This document shows, piece by piece, positions 1 through 15,260 of a stretch of 64,000 nucleotides of DNA. Source of the stretch: Paraspadella gotoi (Eukaryota > Animalia > Chaetognatha); contig CM119269.1 in assembly GCA_051294375.1 (NCBI GenBank), positions 3,844,932 through 3,908,931 on the forward strand, in the 5' to 3' direction. Position 1 is the stretch's first letter. Each line of letters begins with the position of its first letter. Both the position numbers and the translations under genes were made by a program. The notes under the pieces were generated by a model. It was given only the letters and a program-made list of their open reading frames with translations, was not told the DNA's origin and searched no databases.

Positions 1-2213
1 GAATGGAAACCCCGACCGAATCTTATCCCATTGCAGTTTTTTCAGGAGAAGAGAGAGAAAGAAAGGAGAGAGGGAGAGAGAGAGAGAGAGAGAGAGAGAC
101 GAGGAGAGAGAGAGAGAGAGTAGAGAGAGAGAATAAATGACACAAACGATTTTTTGTTTTTTTTAACCCCCCGCCGGATGCATTCCCCTTGAAGACGGTT
201 GATATTGATTGAACAAACAGGTTTTTAAAGTGGACTCTCGTTCTCGCAATTGGAGAAAACGCTAATTGGAAAGAGTTTATTTTTAATTACGAGATTTAAA
301 ATAGTTTAAAACCTATCGGCCCCAATTGGGGAGGACTACTCAATAAGGTGGTAAGAAATTTAGAATTAAGACCTACTCAAACGAAAATTTAAACATTTTT
401 TAAAATTTGAATAGACAAATTTTTTATATTTACTCACATAATCCATATATTAATTTTTTAATTATTTATTTATAACATAGGAAAGGCTAAAAATTTTTGG
501 GATTTTTTGATTTTTAAGATCAGATTTCAGGTAGGCTTGCAAAAGTATAAGTATAATATCTTATTTTCGATATGTTTGATCATAAGTATGTGAAAAAAAA
601 TATGAAAACTATTATAATCTCATCAATCATCATTTAATAATTTTATATTTTCTTAATTGACCAAGAAAATAAATTATTTTCAAGTTGAGTTAATTTTTAT
701 TTAAACTTTTTATTGCTCTATCAGAATCCATCCAAAAAAGTTTAAGATTAGATTAAAAAATTTTTTATCATTATATAGTAATATTGTAATTCTTTAATAG
801 CAACATAAAGATTAAAATCGAACTATTTTTAAAAAATTTTTTTTTACCTAAAAGTAGACTTAAGACTAAAGTTTTGACCCCCCGCCCCTATTGAATTTAT
901 TCATAGTAGATTTCTACCCAAGTCGCCTGAAAAAAAAACTTAATTAAGAATTTTTTTTTCCAGCGACTTTTCTCGTTCTTCGTTTCGTCGATCGGTTACT
1001 TTTTTTTATTTCCGGACTCAAGACTTTCATCATTGTGGATTTCGAAAAATCGACCGTTCGATCACATTTGACAAGCCGTTGAAAATTTTCTTTTTTAGCT
1101 GTTTTGATGATGAGAATTACGAAAAAACTATTTGTTAGATGTTAAATCATAGCTTTATTTCGGGTCGTCATCGAGAGAGGTTTCGACGAAGAACTCTACG
1201 ACAACCAAAACGACATCTATCGTTCGTCCATCGTGAACAGCGGAAGAGAATGAGGGAAAAATGGGATCGAATTCGGGGCGGTACGTGATTCGAGCGCGTT
1301 GTGCGGAGAAGAGACGAACGGTGCACGTTTCGCACGCAAAATGGACTTCGTCACTCCTCAAAACGCGTCGAGTCCTTGATCGACTTCACATACCTCATAT
1401 TGATTTCTCCGTCGTCCGTCGTCGTCAGATCCAGTCATCGTCTGCATTGGCATGACTTGGTCGTCCGTCGTCGTGTTCTCGTCGTTCGTCGGCAATTGCC
1501 GTTATCATTTCTCCAAAGCTTCTTTCCCTCCGTCTGGATTCGGTCGTTTAACGAGCGGGGAGAAGAGGTAGGAGGAAGAGAAGGGGAAAGGAGGAGAGGA
1601 GGATGGGATGTTAGGGTGGGCAAGAATTGAGGGCGGGGAGAGGCAGGATGACGCAAGTGATGGGGCGATGGAACGTGTTCCCTGACGCGCAAGGATGACG
1701 CAGGGTAGGAATGAGCTTTTGTTTATTTTGATCCTTGAATTTGAGAAAATAAACAAATTGAGCGTTCAACAATTGATGTCGTCGCCACTCATGGTACATT
1801 GGTTACGACAAACGCATGCAGGATGGACGAAGGAGTGGGATTTGGAATGGTAAGGGAAGGGCAAGATCGAGTAGGGTAGGTAAGGTCAGGGGGTGGCAAT
1901 TTAAGGATGAGATGAGATTAAGCGAAGTAGAAATTTTAAGCTCTTGGGCGGAGAGACGAGGCGAAGAGCTCATTTTAATCTTTTTCGTTTTTTTTTCTTT
2001 TTGATTTATTGCGCGATTCGCGGCGTTAGCCTTTGTTTGAAAATCATCCGTGATTTTTGTGCGAATCAGCGCCTGTTGCGGTTGAGGAGAATGGATTCGA
2101 GAAGCCGTGGTTTCGGGGAAGCGGATTTAGTACGAATTACAAGCATTAAATGTTAGTTATAATCACAGACTTGCTGGAGTTATTTTTAGCTTTCGGCGGT
2201 GTTGTATGTTGGG

Positions 2214-2255
<42 letters not shown>

Positions 2256-4078
2256 GAGATGCGAGGAGAGAGAGAAGGAGAGGAGAGAGGGAGAGAGAGA
2301 GAGAGAGAGAGATCAAATATTGGCTGTGTCCGTTTCATGTACGAAACTAAAGACGGGCTTCAGAAATATTGTTTGTTGTTTTTTCTTCAAAGATTCGAAC
2401 GATCGCGAATCATTCTTACGTTTTCCGCTCGCAATTGGTTTTTTTCTTTTGCTTTTTCTCCGTTTTCTTTCTTTCTTTTCTTTCTTCTTTCTTCTTTCTT
2501 CTTCTTTCTTTTCTTTCTTTCTTCTTTCTTTCTTTCTTTCTTTCATTTCTTTCTTTCTTTCTTTTTTTTCCTTTCTCCTCCTCTGGGTTGGCTCGCGCAG
2601 GGGAGAAGTTTTTTTGTTTAAACGAACTGGTTGAAACTGACTAAAGTTTTAAGGCGAGATTTTTTAATTTTGGTTTTTACTGTTATGAGATCTCAGTATA
2701 TTTATATTTTATATTATATTTTATTATTATCACATTTAAACTGAGCTCAATTCGAAATTTTACGAAACTGAACAAAAGGCATTTAAACGAAATGACAAGT
2801 GGTCATAAGAAACGACGAGAATATAATCATGGTTGAACTGTTATTACGTCAAAGAGGGTCCAAATGAAACGGCACAATTCTTTTTGAAACAATTATTAGC
2901 TATGGGATTGATGGACAAGACCACAATGGCTGCAAGACAACAATATAGATTCGACGTTTTTTTTTTGTTTAGATTTAATTTTACATTCATCTGTTCGAAT
3001 TCACATTTGATTTAATCGAGATTTAAGTTCTTACACTTGGATCGCCGAAATGAAAAAGTTTTCAAGAAAGTTTCGGGCCTGAAATGATCTCTTTTTTGCT
3101 TTTAGTTTGCTTAGCCGCTTAATTTATGGTTGAAGTTTGGCAACCGGAGGCCAAATATTTGCCATGCGGTCAATCAGTCTGTATAAGTTATTAGATTCTA
3201 ATCTTTGTACTAATAGAACACGCATCGTATTACCTGCCCTGATTTTATGTTTTAATTTTTCCAAATGTATTGTTTTTAGGGTTAAAATTTTAACTTTTTC
3301 TTTTTTCTTTAAAACTGAAATTATTTAAATTGTTTTCTGACACACTCTCGCTTATCAAAGTCTGACTGATCACCTACCAGGGTATTGAAGAACACTGATG
3401 TTGCTTTCAAATTTTGAAGATTTGCTGATTTCATTGGAATTGAACGCGATTTTGCAAATTGCAAGGAAAAAAAAAAAGACAAAAAGCTTTTATTGAATTA
3501 TTGAAAAAAAAATTTAAAAACTTGCTGGAGGAAATGCCCGATACGAATCCCAGGCAGTAATCCGGAGAACTCTCGCGGATGTCTTGACTCTTTCAGAAAC
3601 GCGGGGAGTTCGTTTTATCCAACGCGTTCCAGGTGGGGCGAACGGTTCCAAATCTGGTTCAATGTCGCACGTCGAGGACGATGAACGAACAAAGGCAAGA
3701 TGTCAAGGGAGTCCTTCTATTCAATATTAGATACATGCCAGACGACAGGCAACGAAACAATGAACCAAAAAAAAAAAAAAAAATATGCATGAAAATTCAA
3801 TTATCAAATAAAATTATTACGAGCAATCTATTAAATCTGAAATTTCTTCAGCTTCTTAGTATATCTCGTCGGCATGGCCTACTTTCAATCAAAATTAAAA
3901 ATGTAAAATCTTCGGTTCATTATTTTAATTGAGTTACTAATTAAAATCAGTTCAAATCCGTATCCTCTCTCTTGATTCGCTCCGTCTTTTTTCGGACTTT
4001 GACACGAAATCTATAATAGCATTTATCCCCGGATATTCTTATTAGCGTTTTTAATAAGGTCTTCGCCAGTCCGCGTCC

Positions 4079-4118
<40 letters not shown>

Positions 4119-4339
4119 CTCTCTTCTCCTCTTCCCTTCCCGCCTGAACGTTTTTTCTCTTTCGCGCTTGCGCGCGTTGCTAGGAAGTCCTCTTCCTCAT
4201 ATTCCTCTTCTTGCCAAGGAGCAGAAACCCCGTGCGACGGTCGCTAAGCAGTCCATTGGTCAGTTACGTAGCTGCCATTCGTTGTTGCGCGGTTGCACGG
4301 CCGTTTCTTCGATATAGACGCGTCGCATGTTTTTCGAGA

Positions 4340-4370
<31 letters not shown>

Positions 4371-5059
4371 GAGAAGAGAGCAGAGAGAGGGAGGAGGAGG
4401 AGAAAGATGAGAGAGATGAGAGAGAGAGGAGATAAGAGAGGGAGAGAGAGAAAAAGAAGAAGAAGGAGAGAGAGATCTAAGGTGGATTGGAATAATTAGG
4501 GCGGTAAAGTTTCATGTCGGGTTTTAAGTTCATTCATTTCCATATTCTTTATTACTTTGTAGTAAAGTTTATTATTAGGCCATGATAGAACGTTGAGGGG
4601 TATCGTGGTGCGAGTTACAAGATGGAGGGAGAAAGATTTGGTGGTCGAGTGAAAATGAAGCCTTTGATGCATGAAGGAACTTCCTTGGTTAGATAAGTTT
4701 CTAGACGTTTCTTAAGAAGACTCGGAAAGTTCCTCTGAAAGCTTATGGGTAAATATTTTTTTCCTAGATAATGAATGAATATATATTTATATTTATAAAA
4801 AATCCCTCATACCTTAAATCATATTTAACAAAAAAATACTTTCAGTAACTCTAAAAAATTTGCCCGCGGAATCGCTTTGTGACTAGTTTTTCGTCCATCT
4901 CGTGTTTTGTTTTTTGTTTTTTGTTTTTTGTTTTGTTTACTGGCGAACGGCGTCGAGAACGACATCTTTGACCCGCGAGAGTCTCTGTAGACGTTTGATG
5001 CCGAGTCGCCGTTCCCATGGAGACCCACATCTCACAGTCCCCAACCTCACCCATTCCTA

Positions 5060-5120
5060 CTTTAGTAGACGGGTCGGGATCGAACCCGCGATCTCGAGAT
5101 CGAAGGCCTGATCACCCTGC
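5060..5120 (-). mobile_element. tRNA-derived SINE-like fragment (Pol III B box)
   Basis: Minus strand reads ...GAGATCGCGGGTTCGATCCCGACCCG..., a B-box/T-arm (GGTTCGATCCC). No complete cloverleaf recognised. Confidence 0.35.
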
Positions 5121-5272
5121 ACGTTTTGTAACATGGAGGACGCGAGGTGCCGCTGCTTGAGGGGCAGAACCGGCGGCGAGATTCGAGCGCCTTTCGAAAA
5201 ACCGGTTTGTTGTTTTAGGTTCAACGAAAGCGGAGCGAGGCGAGAGGCCCAGATGGGGGTGAAAGGGGGGAA

Positions 5273-5650
5273 GAAGTAAAGAGAAGCAGGGACGAGTAAT
5301 CGAGAAGAAGTAAAAGAAAGCAGGACGAGTAATGAGAAGAAGTAAAGAGAGCAGGGATGATAATGAGAAAGAAGTAAAGAGAAGCAGGGACGAGTATTGA
5401 GAAAGAAGTAAAGAGAAGCAGGACGAGTAATGAGAGAGAAGTAAGAGAAGCAGGGACGAGTAATGAGAGAGAAGTAAAGAGAAGCAGGGACGAGTAATGA
5501 GAAAGAAGTAAAGAGAAGCAGGGACGAGTAATGAGAAAGAAGTAAAGAGAAGCAGGGACGAGTAATGAGAGAGAAGTAAAGAGAAGCAGGACGAGTAGGA
5601 CGAGTAATGAGAGAGAAGTAAAGAGAAACAGGGACGAGTAATGAGAAGAA
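5273..5650. repeat. minisatellite, ~34-bp unit GAAGTAAAGAGAAGCAGGGACGAGTAATGAGA(G/A)A, ~11 copies
   Basis: Tandem copies with small indels, directly visible. Confidence 0.9.
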
Positions 5651-6855
5651 GCGAAAATAGTAAAAGAGTCTGACGAAAGTTCGAGTTCGAAAACGGAAAC
5701 CCAGTTGATGGGGAGGGGAAAATTTCGCTTTCTTTCTTTTTTAGTTATTCTCTGACTCGTGAAACCAGGATGTTTAATGGGTGAGAAGAATTTACAATTC
5801 TTCTATCTAATTCACATCTGTGTATTTTGTTTTTGTATTAGTAGTTCGGTAAACATAAAAGGTTTTCAAGTTTAAATCATTAAATTTCAGCGTTAGGATT
5901 TATCCGTTTGACTTTCCGCTGATGATGAACTATCAAATGTGCGTAGAATAAACAAATTATAATGATTATATTCAGCGCGACACCCGTTGCTCCTCTGTTT
6001 CCCTCGCGTCTTCCAAATTTCTCAGACGCCCTCGCGAGGCCAAGTCAAACGATACAATCTTTTTTCTCCCGAGAGACAAGAACGCGCCAACCTGGGTAAC
6101 AGATGTGACCAGCGCGAGAGCGATAAGAGTACAACCGAGGGAATTACCTTCGGGCAAACGTTCTTGCCTTTGCTCGCCAGGTGGCGCAAGATGCAACCAA
6201 TTAGTCGATCGAAGAATATTCCGACATATTGTTATTCATTATCATTGCCGCAACTGTCTTTTCGAGATTAAGGTTTTTGGAGACATTGCAAGCGAAAGTA
6301 CGTTCACGAAACACGAAGACAGCAGGAATATCGACCCCAGCCAATCCAGTCGGGAAACCTAATTCCGCCGAAATCACAAGAGCGGGGAAAAAAAAAAAAA
6401 AAACCCCAAAAAAATTCCCCGTCGGGAAAATGCGAACCAGATAACAAAACTTTGTTCCCGGTTCAACTTTTTTTCTCCCAAAGGGAAAATTTCGCGTCGT
6501 TAAATTCGCCAATTTGTTTTATCGGCGTCGGGGTAAAACCCTTTCAAAGGGCCCCTCCTAAAGCCTCCTTCGATGGCGGATCTAACGTCGAAATGATGGG
6601 AGTGGCGGGAGTACAGGAGAAAAGTGGAAAAGTATTGTCAAAGTGATGGAAACGAGAGAGTTTAAATCGGTCCTAGGTTTTGGTGGGAAAATGAAAGATG
6701 GAAATTGAGGTTGGCACCAATGAATGTTTGAGTACTAAATGCATAATAAATCGGGCTCAATGAGACTCTGAGCTCCAAATCTAAATACGTAAGTTTTTTT
6801 TTCTTTTTTTAAGAAAAATATATGGTGGACTAAAATCCACCAACCGTTCATCAAA

Positions 6856-7025
6856 GGCCATTGGTGCAGGAGGTAAGTCATTCGCTTCCCATCCCAAAGA
6901 TCCGGGGTTCTAGCCCGGTAGCCGCCTAGCAGTTAAGAGGAGTGGGGCTTAACCCGCCTGTAATACGGTGTTACAGCCTGATCAGAAGCTCAGGGACTGC
7001 TTCTATTGAACGGTTCTGTCACTAA
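6856..7025 (+). mobile_element. tRNA-derived SINE-like element
   Basis: Starts GGCCATTGGTGCAGGAGGTAAG (A-box-like), then GGGGTTCTAGCCCGG (B-box-like) at tRNA-like spacing, then a non-tRNA body. GC-richer than the flanks. Confidence 0.45.
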
Positions 7026-8675
7026 TTCATATTAATTATTACTGTCTTTTCAAATACCAGTTATTTGACATATTTTGACGTTTTGCAAAAGTCACGCGAT
7101 CAGTTCGAAAACTTTTATATTGGAGTGTTTTTTTTTTCCCCCTTTTTTTTTCTTTTACACGATCATATCAATCATGCATGTCGGCATAACAAAATCGACA
7201 CATACTACCAAAGCCACCCGGACCCAACGAAATACATTTCTCAGAATCATGGGACGCAAAAAATTAGTTCTTCCTCACTAATTAAACTATAAACTTCCTG
7301 ATAGAGAACTAACCTCGCCAAATTCAATATTTTCATCGTCCGCCCGAAAGTCTCGCGAAACGAAAAAAAAAACAAAAACAACAACCGGAAGCTCTTAAAC
7401 ATCCGCGTTTCGGACCCCGGATGTAATTTGTTTCCCTCTTTTCTCGAACGGCTGTTCATTCTCCGGCCTCACGCTCCATAAAATCTTGTATTCCGGCAAA
7501 ACCGACTTTTCTCTCTTTTCTTTACCTTCTTTCGCTTTTTTTTTCCTTCGGGAATTCGAGGTCTTTCTCCGCCAATGTTGTCGTTTTGTTCGTCTTCGTC
7601 GTCGCCGTCATCGTCGTCGTCGTCGCCGTCGTCACGCCAGGGGGATTTCTCTGTTATTGTTTACGTCGGTTTTGTGCTCAGAATATTTTTTTTTTGGGGG
7701 GGGGACTTGTTCCGGCCTTTCGCTTACCCCCCCTTCCCTCCGCCGACAAATCGTCAATTTTGTCGGCAAAGTTTTCTCAGAGGTCGGCTTAACGTCGGCC
7801 GTTCCCTCGCGTGAGGTTTCGAGTCAAAATCGTCGTGGACAATAAAATCACAATAGCCCGAGGGCGGAAAGGGCGAACGGTCTCACCCTCTAATTTCATT
7901 CACGGTAAATATATTTCTCTGCAGTCACATAGATTTAGCTTTCACTTCACTGACACCATACTGTTTACTGCATCAAAACATCTAACATCACATCCCACCA
8001 CAGTATGATCTTGGTACATCATCATCACCTCACATCACATCTGATCACATAACATCACATAACGTCACGTCACTCACCGCATCGAATAACATCACAGCAT
8101 AGCATAAAATTGGCAAATCATTAACATATCATTGTGAAATCATGAAATAAATCTTCCGAGTGCTCAATCGACAAATAAGGGTTGAAGGGAAAAAAATTAA
8201 GTCGGCAGAATGAGGACAAGCAATTTGGATGGAAAGGAAAGAAACTGCAAGGCCTTCATTGACTGCGACCAATGTGACCATGAGCCTCGCATCAAGGGTT
8301 GTCCCTTCCGAGAAAAGAAGGAACAGAGTTCCCGTTAGATGCTGCCGAGATTGGAATTGGTTTCTGGACACCAAAAAAAAATGTATTAAGCTTGGTAGAA
8401 GTTTGAAAATTAGAAAACGAAAGCTTTCTTTTTATTTGCTGTTACAAATTTGAAACGATCCAGCTTCTTTTATTTATAGTATGATATGTATTATATTGTA
8501 TTGTCTTGAATTGTATGATATAAAACTGCTACCAAAAATTTTAAAAATTTCCGTTATAAAACAGAGTCTTGTGTCTTATGGCCGCATTTGGCAAAATGCG
8601 GAAGACGGGAGATAAAAAAAGGTTTTTTTTTCTGACTGACCGACCTCGGAATCTTTTGGCGAAAAAAATCGATCA

Positions 8676-8793
<118 letters not shown>

Positions 8794-9761
8794 CCTCGGG
8801 ACTGAAACCCTTTAATTCCAGCCAACGATAATAAACGGAAATGATGAATTCTTAGATTTTTCGAGAGGCCGTTTTTCGTGACGAATTGTGAGAAAGAACC
8901 GTGTATTCGCGGATGAATCGATGACAATGAACCAAAAAAAAAAGTGTGACTTAAGTCTTAACCCAAAAAGGGTTGGACTCGGAGAGAACGATTTCGCAAG
9001 GGTGGCTACGAGAAGGAGATGGACCATCATGCAATTCCGAAGCGAATCGTCCTAAACGGGATGGCGTCCTTGCCAGACTTCAAGATTATCCTCATTCGGA
9101 TAATAGATTAAAAGAAAACGTAACTAATGAGGCTTTCACTTCTTATTTTGTTAAACGTTTTGAAATTGTCATTCTTTTCTTGAAGACTTATCTTTTCTCA
9201 ATTCAAATTTAAAAAAAAAGAAGTTTTCTTCTTCGTATATTATATTATATTTCTTTTGAATTTTGGCATTTTCTCAATAAATGCGCATCCGTAAGTGAAC
9301 TCGAAATCGAAGTCACTTGATTCGCAAAGATTTTTGAGTCGAAGGCCGAAATGAATAAAAGTGATTCAACCTGTCTTCAATCGCGACTGACCTCATTCCT
9401 TCATTTTCCCCCCAACCCATTAATCTGAGGACCGACTGCATCTTCCAAACCCATTCCTCTCTTCGTCTCCCGATTTTTCCAAAATAATCATCCCACCGTC
9501 TAATAATCGCGTCAAAAAATTAACGACGTCGTCAAAAAACATCGGAGAAATAAATTAGGGTGAAAAAAATAAAAAAGAATTTTCATGACCCAAAATTTAA
9601 AAAAAAATGTACGGGGATTTCCTCTCATCAGCCAAAGGACGTGACAGAGATGATAAATTGTGTCGCGGTCCACGTCAACCTTTTCCTTTTTTTGCATTCG
9701 TTTTTAGAGCCCTTCCCTTTTACCTAGGTTTTTTTTTTCTTTTTTTTTTCCAGTGCTCATG

Positions 9762-9898
<137 letters not shown>

Positions 9899-10613
9899 CA
9901 AACACAACACGCCGTCCCGGGGAGCAGGCGCGAGCACGAGGAGGTTGCCGTGTCTATCATAGATGGAACCTTTGGAACCATTTTTTGCCATCGCACGATT
10001 CGAGCGAAATTTTTTTTCTTTTTCAACTATGACCTTCTTTTTTTTTTTGGCCTCCTCGTCGGAGGAAAGTAAGAGAGAGAGAGAGAAAAGTCGGGATAGA
10101 GGTAAAAGGAAAAGAAAAGAAAAAAAGAAGAAAATTAATCGAGGAAATATCGGAGAAAATGGAAATCGTCACTTAAATCCGAAGACTGAATGACTGACTG
10201 ACTGACTGACAAACTGTTCGGCTTCGGCAGCAAGATCGTGATCGAAATGGAGACGAGGTCGCGTGGGGGTTGAGCTCAGAATACGACGAAGACGCCGATG
10301 ACGACGACCACGATGACGATGACGACGCCGTCGACGACTCCGAAGCGGCGCCAAAGTGATATTAATGGAGAAAACGACGCCGGAAGATAAAAACAAAGAC
10401 GCCAGTTTCCAAGATGGCGGAACGGAGGACCCGAACCTTAACTCGAAAATTTGTTGCTTTTTTGTTTTGCTGTCAAAAAGTGGAAATCAGCGACGGCTTT
10501 CCCACCCTTTTCTTTTAGTTTTTTTCTTTTTTTTTTAGCCGTAGCTATGAAAAGACAAAAAACAGTTTTACTCTGCAAAATATAAGAAAATAAAAATTTC
10601 AGCTCCTTCTGTT

Positions 10614-10719
<106 letters not shown>

Positions 10720-11189
10720 GCTCATTTTTATCCCCGCTCTTTTCTTGTCTGCTCTTTTTCATTATTTTTCTACATGAAAGGAAATTAGAGAACAGGAATG
10801 ACAGCTTGTACTAAACCTAAAACGCTGAAGCGACAAGCAGCATGGATAAGAGAAGGAGATAAAAAGGAGAGAGAGAGAGAAAGACAGAAAGAGAAAGAAA
10901 AGAAAAAGAAGAGGAGAGATTAACGAGCTTCAAAACACGGGGAAAACGGCAATAAAAAATGTTTTGAAAAAAAGCTTTCCTAGTTTCTAAATGTTTTTGG
11001 CGCCGACTCGTGTACAATTTTTTTTTTCGATGACTTTTTTTTGTGCCAATGGACTATCAACTTTATTATTCATAACTTTCATACAAATAATCAAGTAATT
11101 ATTTATAGAGCAGTATTTGTCCTTGGAACTAAGTTTATGGGAATCTAAAAGTAAGAGCACACAAGACCAAAGACAAAACCGTAAGGAAA

Positions 11190-11246
<57 letters not shown>

Positions 11247-11349
11247 ACAAAAGATAAAAAAAGAGCAAATTCCGAGACGATGAGCAAAACAAACAATCGA
11301 TAAAGAAACGAACAGAAGATCAAAAAGGAGAAAAAGAAGCAACGGTAAC

Positions 11350-11496
<147 letters not shown>

Positions 11497-12447
11497 GAAA
11501 CTAAAAACCTGAAAAATGAGCGAAGCTAAACGAATCATCATGAGACAGAGAGGAGCGAATTTGGCCGAGAGGCCGAGATGTGGCGACGGAGTTCGAATTG
11601 AGTGTGTGCCCTTCATCAAAAATTTTTAGTTAAGGGGTTTTTTATCTCGCCAAACTGGCTGAGGCCCGTCTTGTGCGAGATAATCCTTTACTTTGCTTTT
11701 TGTGACCGTCGTCGTCGTTGTCGTCGTCGTCGTTGTCGTCATCACGCTTTTTTTTTTATAAAAACTACTACGGTTTTTGTCAAAGATTGTGAATGGTAGA
11801 GTGACTTCGATGTTGTTTGAATGGAGATGATTGGTTCAAATGCTTCGAACCTAAGCGGCATCATGAAATGCGCTTCGACGTGAACTGTTGCGTTTAGAAG
11901 ATAACAATTGCAACTTTTTTTTCACTATTCTGCAATTTTTTGTCTCTATACTGGCGAATTAAAGTCAAATATAATACAGCTGTACACTCGATAGTGCGCA
12001 TAACAAATTGAACTCTCTGAGCGATTTTGTGAGTTTTTGAAAACTGTCCTGCTATTCACATTTTTGTCAAATCGTCCTTTCCTTTTTTATCAGCAATTCA
12101 TTACCAAAAATGCAGTTATTTGTTGTTCTATCTCCTAGTAAGTTTTGAAAACCCAAATCTGTGACAAAACTTGGTCTAGTGAAAAAAAAATGGCATTGGA
12201 TTTTTTTGAGAGAATTAAAAGGTCAAATGCGAACCGGAGATTCAACGCCGAACCGAGAGGGAAAGGGCAAATGTCAAAGGCAGAGTGACCAACTGACCAT
12301 CGGTCACTGGGATGCGGAGGGAGTCGCGTTTAAATCTGGAGCCCAAATAAAATTGTGCTCCTCGGAAATTTCAGATCAAAGAAAAAAAAAATAAAGAAGA
12401 TGAAATTAAAACGGATTCCGTGACGACGACGACGACGACGACGAAAA

Positions 12448-12493
<46 letters not shown>

Positions 12494-12632
12494 AGACTAG
12501 ACGGACCTCTCGCTCCCCGAAAAAATTCCAATAATTCTACGACAGAAGAGATTTTGCTCAAAACTCGAGTTGTCATCATCATGAAACCGTTTTTCGCCAT
12601 AACAGAAATTGAAAATTCCGAAAGACAGAAAA

Positions 12633-12721
<89 letters not shown>

Positions 12722-13425
12722 GCAAGCATGAGCATGGGATAGTAGAACGGGGACTGTTTTTGTGCCCGAGTTTTCGGGCGAAGCGCAAGTCGGAGTCGGG
12801 TCAACGAATTTTGAATCTTGGAAAATTTTTTATGTCTTTTCTTTTATCTTTTCGACTCGAGCATCGTTCAGCGCTGAAAACAAAAGAGCATCTGTACGAA
12901 ATTCATTTTTCGAACGTCATCTTCGAAACGATCGCCGACGCCAGAATCAATTTATAATTCCTGTCATCAGCGTTTATAAAAAAAAAATCCCGCCCGACAA
13001 AACGCCATCAAATGTCGTCAAATGCCACGGAATGCCATCCCGATTGCCAGCTTGAAAATCAATTTGCGTTCGCATTGAATTTCCAACGACGTCGGCTCAA
13101 GCGCCATCTATTACTGGAGTCGACGTGAAAAGGAGAATCACTTTGGATTCGCGTTGCTCTTTTTTTTTCTTAGATCCTCGTTCCATCGCGTTTTATTTAT
13201 TTAATTTTTTTTTCCTCGCGAAGATTAATTTTTAATGGGGACGTCCATTTGGTATTTACTCCGCTTCATGTTTTTTTTTAGAAAGATTACGCTTTTGCGG
13301 TTTTTTACCCAGTATTAATTTATAAATGTCTAAACATTAATTTATAAATGTCTAAACATTGATAGTATGAACGCAGAACTAAATTAAATGTCATCGAACC
13401 GTTAAAACAGTCTCTGTCAATGTTT

Positions 13426-13469
<44 letters not shown>

Positions 13470-13797
13470 ACTCACACACACAAACGTCGAGGTTTTTCTC
13501 TGTTTATATTTTGTTTCAAAAATTCCTCTCACTCGTTCGTTGGCAGCATTCGTATTATTTTAGAAAACAAAATTCCAATCCGTTCACGCCTCCGTTACTA
13601 TTTTTAAAACTATGCCATATATATTGTTGACCTCTTTTTACAGTTTTCTCAGTTTCATTTCCTTCCATTTCCTTCAGCAGCTGCCAATCGTTTTCTTTTT
13701 ACAATTAAATTTTAATATTAATTTCCTCCTTTGCCGAACAGGCGCGGCTTCACGGCAGCTGACGACGTGAGATCCAAACTGGTTCTTCTTTCGTTCT

Positions 13798-13932
<135 letters not shown>

Positions 13933-14395
13933 GAAATTTTCTTTTAATTCGATTCCTCTTCTCTTTCCATTTTTCCTTTTTTTTTCTTTTCTTCACCATT
14001 CTCACCATTTTGTCTTCCTCGTCTTCCCACTTCCGTTTATGGGTCTCACCATATTCTTTGTTATTTTTTATTCATATCACGAGATTCGCCACACGCCTTC
14101 TTCTCCCGCTGTCTCCCTTTACTTTCTTTTATATCCGGCTTTTCTGTCCTTATGTTGCCGCTTTTTGCCTACAACATCGTAATTCCTTTATGCTCTTTTG
14201 TTGAAGTTTTGTGTTTTTAGATACTCAAAAGAAAAAAAAGGAGAAACTCAATATCATTTCCATGCATACGTTATTTTGCCCAAATACCAATTTGTCGAGC
14301 CGAATGTTCGAAAGTATTGAGATCCTTCTTTAATATACAACAAACTACTAAAGTACTATATTTAAACAAAAAAATTGTTTAAAATATCGCACATT

Positions 14396-14736
14396 GTCTA
14401 AAGAAAGATACAAGAATAAGTATTATGAACGTTATATAAATAACTAATAAGTTAAAATTTATGTTAAAAATCTCAATTCGGTTCAGTAATCTGACCATAT
14501 AATCATTTTCTATCCTCTCTCTCTCTTTCTCTCTCTCTCTCTCTNNNNNNNNNNNNNNNNNNNNNNNNNTGAGAAGAAGAAGACCAGGCAGAACATAAGA
14601 CCAGAGAGAGAGAGGAGAAAAGAAAAAAATTCTATGGACAGAATTGCTGTCGTCGTAGAAAAGAGAAGAAAAAACTTTTTCTCAAAATGACTTAAGTGAA
14701 TCGTCAAAAAATTTTCTTTCCTTTGCCACTTATCTC

Positions 14737-14772
<36 letters not shown>

Positions 14773-15260
14773 CTCTCTCTCTCTTCTCGTCTCTCTCTCT
14801 CTCTTCTCCCTAACGTTGATTCTGCTGCTTGAAAAATTTCCCTTCTGTTTTCTTTTTCCCTCTTCCTTTGTGTTCTTTAATTTCGCTTTAGTTTTTTGTT
14901 CTTTTTCCTGTTATTTTCTTTGTTCTTCTTTCCTTTTTTCCTTTTGGTTCTTTCCGTCCTCTCTTGGTTTTTCCCGTGCGCCTTTAAAAGATTTAGGCCT
15001 TCAGTCGAAAATGGAAAACACAGAAGAGACACGAGAGAGCAGAGGACGACGAGAGAGAGAGATAGAGAGAGAGAGAGACTGAGCAAGGAGACGAGAGACG
15101 AGGAGAGAGGAGAGAGAGAGAAAGAGAGAGAAGGATAGAAAATGCTCTATATGCGTCAATTACTGAACCGCAATTTGAGATTTTAACATAAATTTTAACT
15201 TATTAGCTTATTTATATAACGCTTCCATAATAACTTACTCTCTGCTTATCTTTCTTTAGA
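14396..15260. other. noisy inverted duplication across a 25-N gap (14396-14524 vs ~15125-15260), probable assembly artefact
   Basis: The reverse complement of 15125-15260 matches 14396-14524 with many single-base insertions. Gap at 14545-14569. Confidence 0.75.

Noticed and set aside
1150-1540. Exon-like GC-richer block (+: FRVVIERGFDEELYDNQNDIYRSS...; -: MPMQTMTGSDDDGRRRNQYE|GTATGT)
   Set aside because: Short, ambiguous strand, and no recognisable domain or partner exon.
5273-5650. ~34-bp repeats as a CRISPR array
   Set aside because: Head-to-tail units with no unique spacers, and no cas genes.
14396-15260. Large terminal inverted repeats of a transposon
   Set aside because: One arm is insertion-noisy and the pair straddles a 25-N gap; no TSD seen.
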